From Promethearchaeota archaeon (GTDB lineage: Archaea > Asgardarchaeota > Lokiarchaeia > Sigyniarchaeales > SOKP01), in NCBI GenBank assembly GCA_048937405.1, contig JBHLNF010000001.1, positions 688,785 through 752,784 on the forward strand: DNA of 64,000 nucleotides, given 5' to 3'. A program made the translations under genes and the position numbers. Position 1 is the stretch's first letter. The number at the start of each line of letters is the position of its first letter. Below are positions 19,467 through 29,805 of the stretch, piece after piece. Under the pieces are notes generated by a model. The model had not been told where the DNA came from. It searched no databases and saw nothing but the letters and a program-made list of their open reading frames with translations.

Positions 19467-20561
19467 ATGGAAACCATTACTAAAAACAAATTAAGAATTC
19501 AAGAAGATGATACTTATTTTCAAAAATTTGTATTTAAAAATGGACGAGAATATGGATTAAGGTTTGCAACTCCAAAAGATGCTGCTGTTATCTTATCCAT
19601 GTTCAAAGAAAGCTATAATTATATATATCCTTATCCACTTGTTTATGATATAGAACTTTTAAAAAAGAATATTGCAAAACCGAATAACTTTTGGGTGTTA
19701 AGCGATTTATTAGAAAGTAAAATAACTGTTGGATGTGCTTTAGTGGAAAGTGAAAGGTATATTGCTCATGCAGGACGTTTAATAGTGAAGAAGAATTTTC
19801 AAAAGCAAGGAATTACAAGAAATTTAGCAGCTGCAGGGCTTATAGCAGTTACAAGGATGCCCCAATTTAAATCTGTTTTAAGACTTAATACTGAAGTTCG
19901 TGCTCCATTAACACAAGTTCAAAATTCCGCTCAGAACGCAGGTGCAATCCCTTATAGTATAATTCCTAGTTATCTTAAATTAGCAGACAACAGATATTTT
20001 GATTTTGATGATAATAACCCATGTATTCCTCAATTTGAAGAATCTGCAGTGCTTTATTCAATGATTTTTAGAAATCTATGGAAAAAAAGAACTAAAAATG
20101 TTTTTCTATTAGATAATGAAGATATAATTTTCCTGTATAAATATGTTAGAAATCAAGCTAAAAGAATGCAAGATGATACATTAATCTTAAAAAATGAGAA
20201 AAACAGTGAATTATATGAACTTTTTGGGGTTTCAAAGGATTTTTACATGGCAAATGTGAATTTATTTGGTTATATAAAAGAAAAATCGCTCAATAACTTA
20301 TTAAAAACCTATAAGAATTGGAGACTTATCATATGGAAAATTCCCACAACGGAACTTGGAATATCTTCAATGTCTCTTGCTCTGAGAAAAGGTTTTAAAG
20401 TGGTGGGTTATGATATTGGATTTAATAATTATAATTGGACATTGTTTGATTCTATTATTCTAGCTTACTATCCTAACAGAAATTATGATTTATCAGATAT
20501 AAAGTGTATAGATTCAATAAAACCACTCTTTGACAGAATAAAGCAACAATTCTTAAATTAA
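19467..20561 (+). CDS. GNAT-fold protein
   Basis: RFATPKD start; GRLIVKKNFQKQGI acetyl-CoA-binding-like motif. Confidence 0.6.
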   Translation: METITKNKLRIQEDDTYFQKFVFKNGREYGLRFATPKDAAVILSMFKESYNYIYPYPLVYDIELLKKNIAKPNNFWVLSDLLESKITVGCALVESERYIAHAGRLIVKKNFQKQGITRNLAAAGLIAVTRMPQFKSVLRLNTEVRAPLTQVQNSAQNAGAIPYSIIPSYLKLADNRYFDFDDNNPCIPQFEESAVLYSMIFRNLWKKRTKNVFLLDNEDIIFLYKYVRNQAKRMQDDTLILKNEKNSELYELFGVSKDFYMANVNLFGYIKEKSLNNLLKTYKNWRLIIWKIPTTELGISSMSLALRKGFKVVGYDIGFNNYNWTLFDSIILAYYPNRNYDLSDIKCIDSIKPLFDRIKQQFLN

Positions 20562-20613
20562 TATTCTAAAAAATGCCTTTTTATATGTTTACTATATTAA
20601 ATAAATACAATAA

Positions 20614-21069
20614 TTAAGCAAGTAAAGATATAACCCTTTCTTCAAAAGTCAACGTACTTACATCAAATAACTTATTAAGTGTAGTTTTAAAACTTTCAAA
20701 TTGATTTGATTTAGTAAAATTGCATCCATTAAATTGAGAAATGAATTTTTTTAATACTTTCTCTAATAAAGGAAAAATTGTTTTTCTCAAAAATTTTTCA
20801 AGTCTTTCATCCCTATCTATAACTATAAAAGCCACGATCTCTTGATCAAATTGGAAACAATCTTTCACTATTCCTTTCTTAAAAATTATTGAGAATTTTT
20901 CACTCTCAAAATATTCTACGGGTTCCATTAAACATTCTGCAAAACTAAGAAGTCCACTCATAAGTCCACTTGAACAAACTAGATTTAAATTATCCTTACT
21001 AGCCCTATGATAACTAGAAAATATAATTGGAATTCCTTGAAAGAGTATACCTGCTTCTCTAATCAACAT
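20614..21069 (-). CDS. Stand-alone longin-like domain protein
   Basis: IREAGILFQGIPII beta hairpin, SGLMSGLLSFAE helix, C-terminal helices LLEKVLKKF and FESFKTTLNKLF. Confidence 0.6.
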   Translation of the reverse strand: MLIREAGILFQGIPIIFSSYHRASKDNLNLVCSSGLMSGLLSFAECLMEPVEYFESEKFSIIFKKGIVKDCFQFDQEIVAFIVIDRDERLEKFLRKTIFPLLEKVLKKFISQFNGCNFTKSNQFESFKTTLNKLFDVSTLTFEERVISLLA

Positions 21070-21287
21070 GGGAAATATTAAGATAAATTAACTAATAAAG
21101 TGATAAAAACATATTCTAAATAGACGACAATAATTTACGACAAAAAAATAGTATTTAAATGTATTCTTTTTTAGTGATATTCCGTCGCAATATCACAAAT
21201 AGTAGTGAATCTAAAAATTAAGGGAATCATTCAATAAAATCGAGTAAGTGTACTCCCCATTACCATTTTTTTATTTGATAAATTTAT

Positions 21288-22007
21288 TCACTCCAATTGA
21301 CGCCCTACACCGATATACATTAAATAAGCCCCAGAAATAATCAGAATCAAATCTGCTATTCCTATTACAGCTCTAAAAATAGGGACATCTAAAAAATTAG
21401 AAATAAATATACTATATCCGCATATATAAAAAGCTCCTAATCCGATTATAAAACATTTCCATTTTTTTTTCAATTGGAAATCTTCAAACTTCTTAAATAT
21501 TTTATATGAGCTGTAAAAGGATGGTACTACTACGTATACAGTTACAATAGACACAAAAAAAAGAAAAAAAGGCAACATCCAATGAGGTGTCCAATTTGGA
21601 GGGCCAATTTCTACACCCCAATTTTCTATTAAGAGGAAAATCCACATAAAAGAAAGAACAACAGCATATCCTACTAATATAGCAAGTTGCTTTTTAGTAT
21701 TAATAACTCTTTCTGGTTTTAGCAACATTAGTTCAAATACTAAAATAAAAATTGGTGAATAAAATGCAAAAAATGTCGTTATTCCATGCATGATAAGGAC
21801 AATATTTACATCTGTTATCGGAGCGTAGATAAAATTTACACCAAATCCGATAACATTACCTAGGTAGAATCCGGTGAATATTAAGTTCAATCGTTTTGTA
21901 TCGCGTTTAAGAATTTTATAGATTAAAAAAATGAAGTAGAAAAACATTACTCCTTGGGCAATATATACTGTAAAAAATCTAGGTATACTCAGTTGATAAA
22001 ACGACAT
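21288..22007 (-). CDS. Multi-pass (about 7TM) membrane protein
   Basis: Seven hydrophobic segments; paralog of 18560-19306. Confidence 0.75.
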   Translation of the reverse strand: MSFYQLSIPRFFTVYIAQGVMFFYFIFLIYKILKRDTKRLNLIFTGFYLGNVIGFGVNFIYAPITDVNIVLIMHGITTFFAFYSPIFILVFELMLLKPERVINTKKQLAILVGYAVVLSFMWIFLLIENWGVEIGPPNWTPHWMLPFFLFFVSIVTVYVVVPSFYSSYKIFKKFEDFQLKKKWKCFIIGLGAFYICGYSIFISNFLDVPIFRAVIGIADLILIISGAYLMYIGVGRQLE

Positions 22008-22313
22008 TTTAAGATACCATCATCATATTACCAATTTTGAAAAAAATTATACTTAATAATACTATTGTCTTTGATGTTCTATTTATTATTGTGGTTTTTA
22101 GTAGTGATCTCTAAACAATCATATAATTTAAAAAATGTATTATAGGATTATAAGTAATCAAAAATTTATCTTAAATTGATATTTGATTACTAACAGATAA
22201 TTTTTCTAATTCTTTCATCTAATTTATTGAATCTTTTTTTCATTTTTTAATTGATAAATACAGAAATACAATTAGAAATATGATATATGAGAATTAATCC
22301 TTCATATCAATAT

Positions 22314-23432
22314 TTATGCTGCAAAAATCTCTTCTATAATGTTTTTTATTGGATAAAATATGGTAAGATCTCCAGTCCAATTATTTAGGATACTACTATA
22401 AACTTCCTCAATCTTTATTATTAATTTCCTAAGATTGTGAATAAAAAATTTCAATTCTTCCTTACAAATTAATACTCCAGTTATATAATCACCAGAAAAA
22501 AGAATCAAAATTTTGTTATATTTTTTTATAATAGAAATTTCACTAGATTTACCTTCAATTAGTTCATTAAGCATTATATTCATTGAAGCCAATGTTCCTG
22601 AGACAAATTGATTTTCTAAAATCTTAGTCTTGCTTGAGAAGGAATAAGCAAATAAACAAATCCCTGTATTGTTTAATATATAAATATCTTCAATTTTATC
22701 TTGCCAGTCAAATTCAAAGAACGGAGGGATTTTTCTGAAAAAAATGAAAATTAGGGCAATGGCTATTAGTTGAAGAGTAATTCCAACAAATCTTATTATG
22801 AGTCCAAAAACTTGAAGAATTAAATCCATCGAAAAAACATATCCAATTAAAATAAGTAATATGATTATTGTCCCTTTTAAGAAACTTTTTGATAAAATTT
22901 CTTGTTTTGCTGATTTTCTACCAAGATCTTTTACATAAAGCAAAAATAAGAAAGTGAATAAAGGCCATGATACAACTGAAAGTGAATGAATAAATAATAA
23001 ATCAATGAAAAATAGAATGGAAAATAAAAATAATAAGATAATAAAAGTTAGTGTGAAAAAATACTTCTTAAAAAAGAATTTTTTATTTTTCTCTATAAAA
23101 TATGAAAACAATAAAATACCTATCATTAGTGAAAAAAAACCAAAATTATAAAAAAGTTGTCTGTAATTCCCCTCTGACCAAATTAAAAAAGGAGAAATTC
23201 TATTATTAGATAAATAGTAGCTAGAAATTATAGATAAAATTTTTAATACTGAAAATCCAAAAAATAATGATGCAAATCCTAAATCTTGTGAGTTTTTAAT
23301 ACTTATCGCTTGTTTTCTATATTTAATTAAAAAGATTATTCCAAGTTCAAGAGCAAAAAAGGCAAAAATCGATTCCATTATTAAAAGTGTAAATCTAAAC
23401 GAGGTTGTTATTGGAAATTCGATATACATCAA
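22314..23432 (-). CDS. 7TM membrane domain fused to C-terminal longin-like domain
   Basis: Seven hydrophobic segments, PPFFEFDW linker, then IEDIYILNNTGICLFAYSF...FVSGTLASMNIMLNEL...WTGDLTIF. Confidence 0.7.
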   Translation of the reverse strand: MMYIEFPITTSFRFTLLIMESIFAFFALELGIIFLIKYRKQAISIKNSQDLGFASLFFGFSVLKILSIISSYYLSNNRISPFLIWSEGNYRQLFYNFGFFSLMIGILLFSYFIEKNKKFFFKKYFFTLTFIILLFLFSILFFIDLLFIHSLSVVSWPLFTFLFLLYVKDLGRKSAKQEILSKSFLKGTIIILLILIGYVFSMDLILQVFGLIIRFVGITLQLIAIALIFIFFRKIPPFFEFDWQDKIEDIYILNNTGICLFAYSFSSKTKILENQFVSGTLASMNIMLNELIEGKSSEISIIKKYNKILILFSGDYITGVLICKEELKFFIHNLRKLIIKIEEVYSSILNNWTGDLTIFYPIKNIIEEIFAA

Positions 23433-23438
23433 CTTTTT

Positions 23439-24587
23439 TTACATCTGTAGTATTTGATTCATAATATTATCAAAACTGCTAAATAATTGTGAATATTCTT
23501 CTGAAAAGTTATTTAAATTTAATAGAATTTCTCTAAAAAATAATTCAAACCTACCTTTTATAGATTTTAAAAGATGAGGAGTGCTAATTAAATGAACTTT
23601 AACAATTAAGACAAATGTTAAGTAGAATGGATATTGACTATCCTCTAGGAAAATATGATAATCACCTTTTTCAATTTCATTTAAACCTTTACCTTTAGTA
23701 TTTGTAATTATTCCTATAATGGATTCAATCCCTAAAATTCCTTTAGAAAATAGATTTTCAAACTGTTTGAGATGATTTTGATTCTGAGCATTTTTATCCT
23801 TAAATTTTTCAATGAAATCATAACTATAAATGCAACTTTTGTTTTGTTGGTTAATTATAAATAATTTAATGAGGTTTTTCCTCCATTCAAATTCATAAAA
23901 AGGAGGAAAATTAATTACGGAAAATGATATAATAATGAATCCAATTATTAACACACAAATACCAGTGTAATAAATTATTTCATTTAAAATTGGGGGTAAA
24001 ACACCTAATCCAACAAAAATAGCGAAGGTTAAAGCAACTAAACTTATTAATGTACCATATAAAAATAATTCGAATTTTTTTTTTATATTTCCTACAACCT
24101 TTCTTATCATAATCATTTGAAATCTTACTAAGTACAAACCATTTAATACAATAAAAATAATACTGCTTATAAATAAGGGTGAGAGTAAATTTGGCACAAT
24201 AAATAAAACCACTACAGGAATAATAGTAAAGATTAGTAAAATTTTAGCGATTTTAATATTTATAACACTTGAAAACTCTTTAGCAATTATGATGGAAGAA
24301 AAACATATTGTTGAAAAAAAACCAAAAAACCAACCTATTCTCGTAATTATTACATGAATTATTTCATTTTCAATAAAATTCCTTGCTATATGTATCAATA
24401 ACGTACCTAATATTAAAAAAAATATAAATGAACCAAATGCTAATAAAATTCTATTTAATGGAAGATTTTTATCTCTTGTTTTTTGATATTGGAAAAATAA
24501 ATAAATTGTTAATTGAAATCCCATCATGATAGGTAACAAAAAAGCTATAAATTGCAGTTCTTTATTAATTTCAATTTGAGAAAGCAT
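23439..24587 (-). CDS. 7TM membrane domain fused to C-terminal longin-like domain (paralog)
   Basis: Seven hydrophobic segments, PPFYEFEW linker, LIKLFIINQQNKSCIYSYDF...LFSKGILGIESII...LLKSIKGRFELFF. Confidence 0.7.
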   Translation of the reverse strand: MLSQIEINKELQFIAFLLPIMMGFQLTIYLFFQYQKTRDKNLPLNRILLAFGSFIFFLILGTLLIHIARNFIENEIIHVIITRIGWFFGFFSTICFSSIIIAKEFSSVINIKIAKILLIFTIIPVVVLFIVPNLLSPLFISSIIFIVLNGLYLVRFQMIMIRKVVGNIKKKFELFLYGTLISLVALTFAIFVGLGVLPPILNEIIYYTGICVLIIGFIIISFSVINFPPFYEFEWRKNLIKLFIINQQNKSCIYSYDFIEKFKDKNAQNQNHLKQFENLFSKGILGIESIIGIITNTKGKGLNEIEKGDYHIFLEDSQYPFYLTFVLIVKVHLISTPHLLKSIKGRFELFFREILLNLNNFSEEYSQLFSSFDNIMNQILQM

Positions 24588-24690
24588 TTTTATATAATAA
24601 AAAAAAATATATAGATTCTGAATTTTCTGATGTTTTTTGCTTTAAATGATTAAATTCAATATTAAATATTTAACTGGAGTATTTAACCAT

Positions 24691-25224
24691 TTATATTATC
24701 ATTTTATCTGTTAAAATTTTTCTCAATAAAGTCTCAAATACTAATTCCACATTTTCCCCAGTTTTGGATGAGCAATCAATATAATCAAATAAATTGTATC
24801 GTTGAGCGATTTTATCTCCCTCTTTCCGCGAAAAATTAATCTGATCTTTAAGATCAGACTTACCTCCAACCAGTAAAACTGGGATATCTATTTTTTCAGT
24901 GGTCTGCTCCTTTCTAAAGGTATCTACCCAAGCTTCTACGTTCTCTAAGGTCTCATATCTGGAAAGATCAAACATAAAAATACCTCCAGAAGATCCTCTT
25001 GAGTATAAAGGCAATAGAAAAGTAAATATACGCTCCCCTCCAAAATCCCACACTTGTAGTACAATTTTTATATCATCAATTTGCATAAATTTAACAAATA
25101 TCTCTGCTCCCATAGTGATCTGAATGTTTTCTTCAAAATATCCTTTGAGAAATCTTCGAGCTAATGTAGTTTTACCTACACAGGTTTCTCCAAAAATACA
25201 AATTTTATAAGCTAACTCTCCCAT
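24691..25224 (-). CDS. Rab-like small GTPase
   Basis: G1 GETCVGKT, G2 ITMG, LQVWDFGGE, YSRGSSG, G4 GKSD, G5 CSSKTG. Confidence 0.92.
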   Translation of the reverse strand: MGELAYKICIFGETCVGKTTLARRFLKGYFEENIQITMGAEIFVKFMQIDDIKIVLQVWDFGGERIFTFLLPLYSRGSSGGIFMFDLSRYETLENVEAWVDTFRKEQTTEKIDIPVLLVGGKSDLKDQINFSRKEGDKIAQRYNLFDYIDCSSKTGENVELVFETLLRKILTDKMII

Positions 25225-25481
25225 AGCATAAACCTTCGCTTTTAGTTCTTATAATTAAAAATATTCTAATTTAAAATAATCTTAGATTTCTTAGATCTAT
25301 AATATCCTCAACCTACAGCAAAATATAAGATCCTTAACTGATACAAATATTGAATATTCTAACCAATATTAATTTCACTTTATATATTTCTAAAACTAGA
25401 TTAATAACTATTTAATTCTTATTTAAAATTAATTTTAATGCAAACTTAAATATCTCAAAAAAAAGAATAAAAATAAATAAT

Positions 25482-26918
25482 TTATTTTTTCTTGCGTTTA
25501 GGTTCAATCTTTTTAATTACTATTGATTCTGCATGAATTTTACAATTCTTTAAGATTACCTTAAAGCCACCAGCTCCACCAACCCCCGGAATTGTCATTC
25601 CAACGGTTCCCATTGGAACCATCGCTCCTTCTTCTTCCCATTCTTCCTCTTCTTCCACTCCTCCTACAGCAGCTTTGTAATCTTCAGTTTCGATAATTGG
25701 ATGTCCCACTTTTTCTAACCATGCTGGTAATTCACTTAAATCAGAAACCTCTTCTTCCGTTGCAATTTTATCCCGTAGATCTTCTGGAAGGAATTCATAA
25801 ACGCGTTCCTTAACGCCTTTACCCATCCATACTATGGTGTAAATTCCTGACTTAAGACCTGCATTAACGCCATCATACTTTTGATATTTGGGTGATACAA
25901 TGTATTGTATGCTTATGCCATTAAACCCGGGCATTTGTTTTCCTCCACCGGTTTGATTGGCCATAGCACTAAAAGGAAGACCATTAATAGCGACACCATC
26001 AAAATTTCGATCAATAATTCCGTGACCAGCGCCAGTTTCTGGAATAAAGAAATCAATTGCTTCAAAACAGCCACAACTAGTATGAGGGAACTCCATTCCA
26101 GAGTAAAGATAAATTCTATCGATTTCCCCCAGTGAACGTTTTTTAATCATTTCGTTGACTCCAGAAAATTCACCGGCTAATTCATTAATTGTTTCACCAG
26201 GAGGTACTTCATAAAGAGGTCCTTTTGGGTCTACGCGTGCGGCGGCTCTGGCATCAAACCATGAAATAGAGCCACATAAACTCATTCGATTTGGTGTAAT
26301 ACAACAAGCATGAGTTGGGGCAAAACTCTGACACAAAACACAACCATAAAACATATCAACGTCCTCATCGTTGATACTTCTTGCTCTTTCGTCTCGTTTC
26401 TCGTAAATCTCCATTGCCATTTTGTAAGGTTCTTCTATTTTTTTCGGATCAGTATAGATTGTGACTTGAGCTTTTTTTATAATTGGTAGTTCAGCTTTAT
26501 ACAATCTAATTAGGACTGTTCCAAGCATCTGAAAGTTATCAAATCCTTTTTCTACAGCATTTTTAGAAATTCGCATCCAATTAGTATATCTTTGGTTTAA
26601 ATGCATTATTCCATTTACAAAGTTGCAAAATTCATGAACTCTTCTTTCAAATACAGCTTCTAAATCTTCTTCTAGTTCAGGTCCGGCAACTTCTACCAAA
26701 ATACCAATAGGATGCCTTGAACCTAATTCCATATCTTTTATATCTGGACCGATAAGAGTTACCTTTCCATCCTCAATTTCCTTATCCTTCTTAACACGTA
26801 CGAGTTCGAAGTGCTTCTCAATTTTAGGTCCGCCAAGTTCAACATACATTTGATTACCCCTAATACGTTCACCTTCGTATACGGGTCCAACATCTACAGG
26901 GATATCACTAAAACTCAT
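25482..26918 (-). CDS. cdhC: Acetyl-CoA decarbonylase/synthase beta subunit
   Basis: PVDVGPVYEGERIR, FYGCVLCQSFAP, PHTSCGCFE, acidic linker. Confidence 0.95.
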   Translation of the reverse strand: MSFSDIPVDVGPVYEGERIRGNQMYVELGGPKIEKHFELVRVKKDKEIEDGKVTLIGPDIKDMELGSRHPIGILVEVAGPELEEDLEAVFERRVHEFCNFVNGIMHLNQRYTNWMRISKNAVEKGFDNFQMLGTVLIRLYKAELPIIKKAQVTIYTDPKKIEEPYKMAMEIYEKRDERARSINDEDVDMFYGCVLCQSFAPTHACCITPNRMSLCGSISWFDARAAARVDPKGPLYEVPPGETINELAGEFSGVNEMIKKRSLGEIDRIYLYSGMEFPHTSCGCFEAIDFFIPETGAGHGIIDRNFDGVAINGLPFSAMANQTGGGKQMPGFNGISIQYIVSPKYQKYDGVNAGLKSGIYTIVWMGKGVKERVYEFLPEDLRDKIATEEEVSDLSELPAWLEKVGHPIIETEDYKAAVGGVEEEEEWEEEGAMVPMGTVGMTIPGVGGAGGFKVILKNCKIHAESIVIKKIEPKRKKK

Positions 26919-26953
26919 ATATTAAATCTCCTCACATTTTTTCCATATTATAT

Positions 26954-27493
26954 TTATAAATTTTTAATCAAATTTTCTAGAAATATCTTCCATTCTTCTT
27001 CGCTTAGATTTGGTAAACTAAATCTAGCGTTTGGATGAGAATATTTATCTAGATCAATTGTTCTTAACCAATTTGTAAAATTTTTAAGCCTAGACAATGT
27101 TTGAGAAACATAAAATACTATATGTCCCCCAAATATAGCCATTGAATACTGTCCTTCTCCATCTAATCCAGCCCAATCTTTATCAGATAAACGGTTTGTA
27201 ATATTTATCAAGGACATATCATACAATTTATTATCGGTGATTTTATCTTTTAAATAACTATATGCATGTCCTGTTGACACTACGTGACAGTCAATTTTAT
27301 TTGCTATTTCTATGAAATAATCCGCAACCTTTTTGCCATCAAGCTCCCAATTTAATGATTCAGCACCAATCACAAAAACAGTCTTCTTAGGGGTTTTAAG
27401 TAAATTAGCCATTACTGTTGGATCTGAAACAGAAGTACCCATCTCAGGACCAGGAATGTTAGCTTTTTGATACGGACGTGCCATTTCACTCAA
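26954..27493 (-). CDS. cdhB: Acetyl-CoA decarbonylase/synthase epsilon subunit
   Basis: PYQKANIPGP, DKDWAGLDGEGQY, HPNARFS; adjacent to cdhC. Confidence 0.9.
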   Translation of the reverse strand: MSEMARPYQKANIPGPEMGTSVSDPTVMANLLKTPKKTVFVIGAESLNWELDGKKVADYFIEIANKIDCHVVSTGHAYSYLKDKITDNKLYDMSLINITNRLSDKDWAGLDGEGQYSMAIFGGHIVFYVSQTLSRLKNFTNWLRTIDLDKYSHPNARFSLPNLSEEEWKIFLENLIKNL

Positions 27494-27637
27494 TTTCCTC
27501 TGTTTTTATTTTTAGCTAGAACTTTTAAAATAGTTGTTATACTTAGAATTATTAAAGACAATTTAAAAAAATTGTTTTTATTAAGTTTAACTCAAAATTA
27601 GTCATTCTATAAATTTTAAAGAAGTGAAAATAGATTT

Positions 27638-27940
27638 ATGTGTGAATTTAAAATAATTAATAAAAGTGATAATTCTCAAATAGCAGAAGAAATTTTAATT
27701 TTATCTTATACAGATACTCATGAATTAATTCTAAAAGATGTATTAGGTATGGGAGAGAAATTAGATTCTGCTTTAATTTTAGATGTAAATACTCTAAATC
27801 AAAAATGTATGATACTGCAACATCCTCTTATCAAAGATTTTTTAGATCTACTTTTTAATATAAGCTCTCAAACTGTAAAACCAACTCAATTTGATGAATT
27901 TATAAGAAAAGTTGAAGAATTAAAAAAAAATTTAAAATAA
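27638..27940 (+). CDS. CooT-family nickel-binding protein
   Basis: N-terminal MCE, LILKDVLG; divergent from cdhB. Confidence 0.65.
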   Translation: MCEFKIINKSDNSQIAEEILILSYTDTHELILKDVLGMGEKLDSALILDVNTLNQKCMILQHPLIKDFLDLLFNISSQTVKPTQFDEFIRKVEELKKNLK

Positions 27941-27946
27941 ATTAGA

Positions 27947-29710
27947 TTAATTATACTTTCTCTTCATTTGAGGATATGCATAATAAATTGAAATAATACC
28001 AATCAAGGATAGTATAATAAATGAAATTATAATGGCATTAAATCCTGGTATTGCACTTGAATCTGTAATTTGTGAAATATTATCTTGAAATGGGAGATAA
28101 CCATTATTACTTGCTGTAAAAACATAATTATTCACTTTTATTTGAGAGAAAGGTATTTCGATCGTTCCATTTTCATTAGTTTTGCCTTTCCAAATGAGAA
28201 TGTTATTCTCAGTATAGGTAATAGTAACATTTTGAACTGGAACATCATCAGCGGTCACCTTAAGGATCATAGTATTTCTAATATCATCAAATGGCTGGTC
28301 AATAGTTACATTAAGTTGTTTAGGAATTGAAAACCAAATCGGGCATTCAGGATCACCCAATAAATTATACTGTTTGAGTGTTTTATTTCCCCATTCAGTA
28401 TATTCATTCTTTTCAGGAGAGACAATTCTATCTGCAATATAATCTGCTTTAGCTAATGCTAAAGCTTTTCCAGGTTGATTATATTTAAATAATTGTTCCA
28501 AAAAGCGAAATCCCAATCCTTCAATAAACCAACCACCCTCTTCACGTTCATACCATTGATCTTCCCCCCAGACTACATAACTTCCGGCAACACAACCAAT
28601 TGCTAAATTTTTTAGAAAATATTCCGCAATACAATCGGAATCATCATCAAAAGTTCCTACAGAGCAACTACCTAAAAAATATAAACCTAATTTATCTTCT
28701 TGCTGCAGATCTGTAAAACTTGTATTGAGAAGGATTTCCCATGATATGTTATCAATTGCTCTGCCACCTAAATAAGGATCTTCAGTATAATCAAGTAGCA
28801 TATCTCCATCTAAGTCTTCAATCCATTTACCAATACTCATACTTTGAGGTCTACCATGAACATAAATAGTACCAATACTACAACCTTGATTAATAGCATC
28901 TTTAAGATGAATATAATCTAAATCAAAATCAGTATAATAATCAGACCCTTTAATACCTTGATTTTGAGCCAGAAAGACACTAGACCAATCATTAGGTAAC
29001 AAAGTATCATTTATATAATTATTAAATCGATTAGCATCACATTCTGCATAATCTAAAAGATTATCATCATTCCAATCTTGATCAAATTGAAGAATAGCAC
29101 CAGCAAATAAAGCATGAGACATCCATGCTCCGATAGGTGGATTTTTCTCATAATTTAATATCCGTTGAACCAAAGATTGCATTTCATTTTTATTATTAGC
29201 TGTTAAGCGTCCTACATAAAGCTCCATTTTATAATCGAAATTAGTTTGAGTCCAATCATTATTTATATCTCCATAATATGAATCACAACATACAACATCC
29301 CCATCATAAGAATATCCGTCATAGCAAGTTATGTATTTAGTTGGAATGTGATTATGATCACCTGCTAAAAGAACCCATTGCGTACAGTTATTACTGTAAT
29401 AGTCTAAAATACAGTTTTTTATTTTATCAGGAAGGTTCGTCCCTTCGTATGTTTGGTCAATATCGCTGACAAGTTCAATTTTAGAAATTATACCTTTCTG
29501 TGTTTTCCAAATCGCCAAAGGCTCAAGGATAGATTCAAAAATCTCGGTAGTAATGATTAAATAATCTACCTCTCCATTTGTGTTAACACTTCCTAACTTA
29601 AAATCTTTTGAAGAGGTATAATTGTAGGTAGTATCATTTAATTCAAAATTGGTAATGCAACTTACTAAAAATAAGGTCGAAATTAATAATATTGGATTTT
29701 TAAATCTCAT
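27947..29710 (-). CDS. Peptidase C25 (gingipain-like) with C-terminal IPG-TM-basic anchor
   Basis: YLIIT...LAIWKTQKG, VLLAGD, DSYYGD, YVGRL, catalytic HG and GSC, YNLLGDP; tail AIPGFN-TM-KRK. Confidence 0.85.
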   Translation of the reverse strand: MRFKNPILLISTLFLVSCITNFELNDTTYNYTSSKDFKLGSVNTNGEVDYLIITTEIFESILEPLAIWKTQKGIISKIELVSDIDQTYEGTNLPDKIKNCILDYYSNNCTQWVLLAGDHNHIPTKYITCYDGYSYDGDVVCCDSYYGDINNDWTQTNFDYKMELYVGRLTANNKNEMQSLVQRILNYEKNPPIGAWMSHALFAGAILQFDQDWNDDNLLDYAECDANRFNNYINDTLLPNDWSSVFLAQNQGIKGSDYYTDFDLDYIHLKDAINQGCSIGTIYVHGRPQSMSIGKWIEDLDGDMLLDYTEDPYLGGRAIDNISWEILLNTSFTDLQQEDKLGLYFLGSCSVGTFDDDSDCIAEYFLKNLAIGCVAGSYVVWGEDQWYEREEGGWFIEGLGFRFLEQLFKYNQPGKALALAKADYIADRIVSPEKNEYTEWGNKTLKQYNLLGDPECPIWFSIPKQLNVTIDQPFDDIRNTMILKVTADDVPVQNVTITYTENNILIWKGKTNENGTIEIPFSQIKVNNYVFTASNNGYLPFQDNISQITDSSAIPGFNAIIISFIILSLIGIISIYYAYPQMKRKYN

Positions 29711-29805
29711 TAAAGTAAAGAGTTCAGTTAACTATTTATATTTTTTACTATGCTTTTAATAAGATTTAATTAGTTAAGATATTATCATACTTCCTATGAA
29801 AAAAT

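Noticed and set aside
18560-24587. Calling the 7TM proteins rhodopsins or GPCR homologs
   Set aside because: No retinal-binding Lys motif in helix 7 and no GPCR signature motifs are visible; only the helix count is shared.
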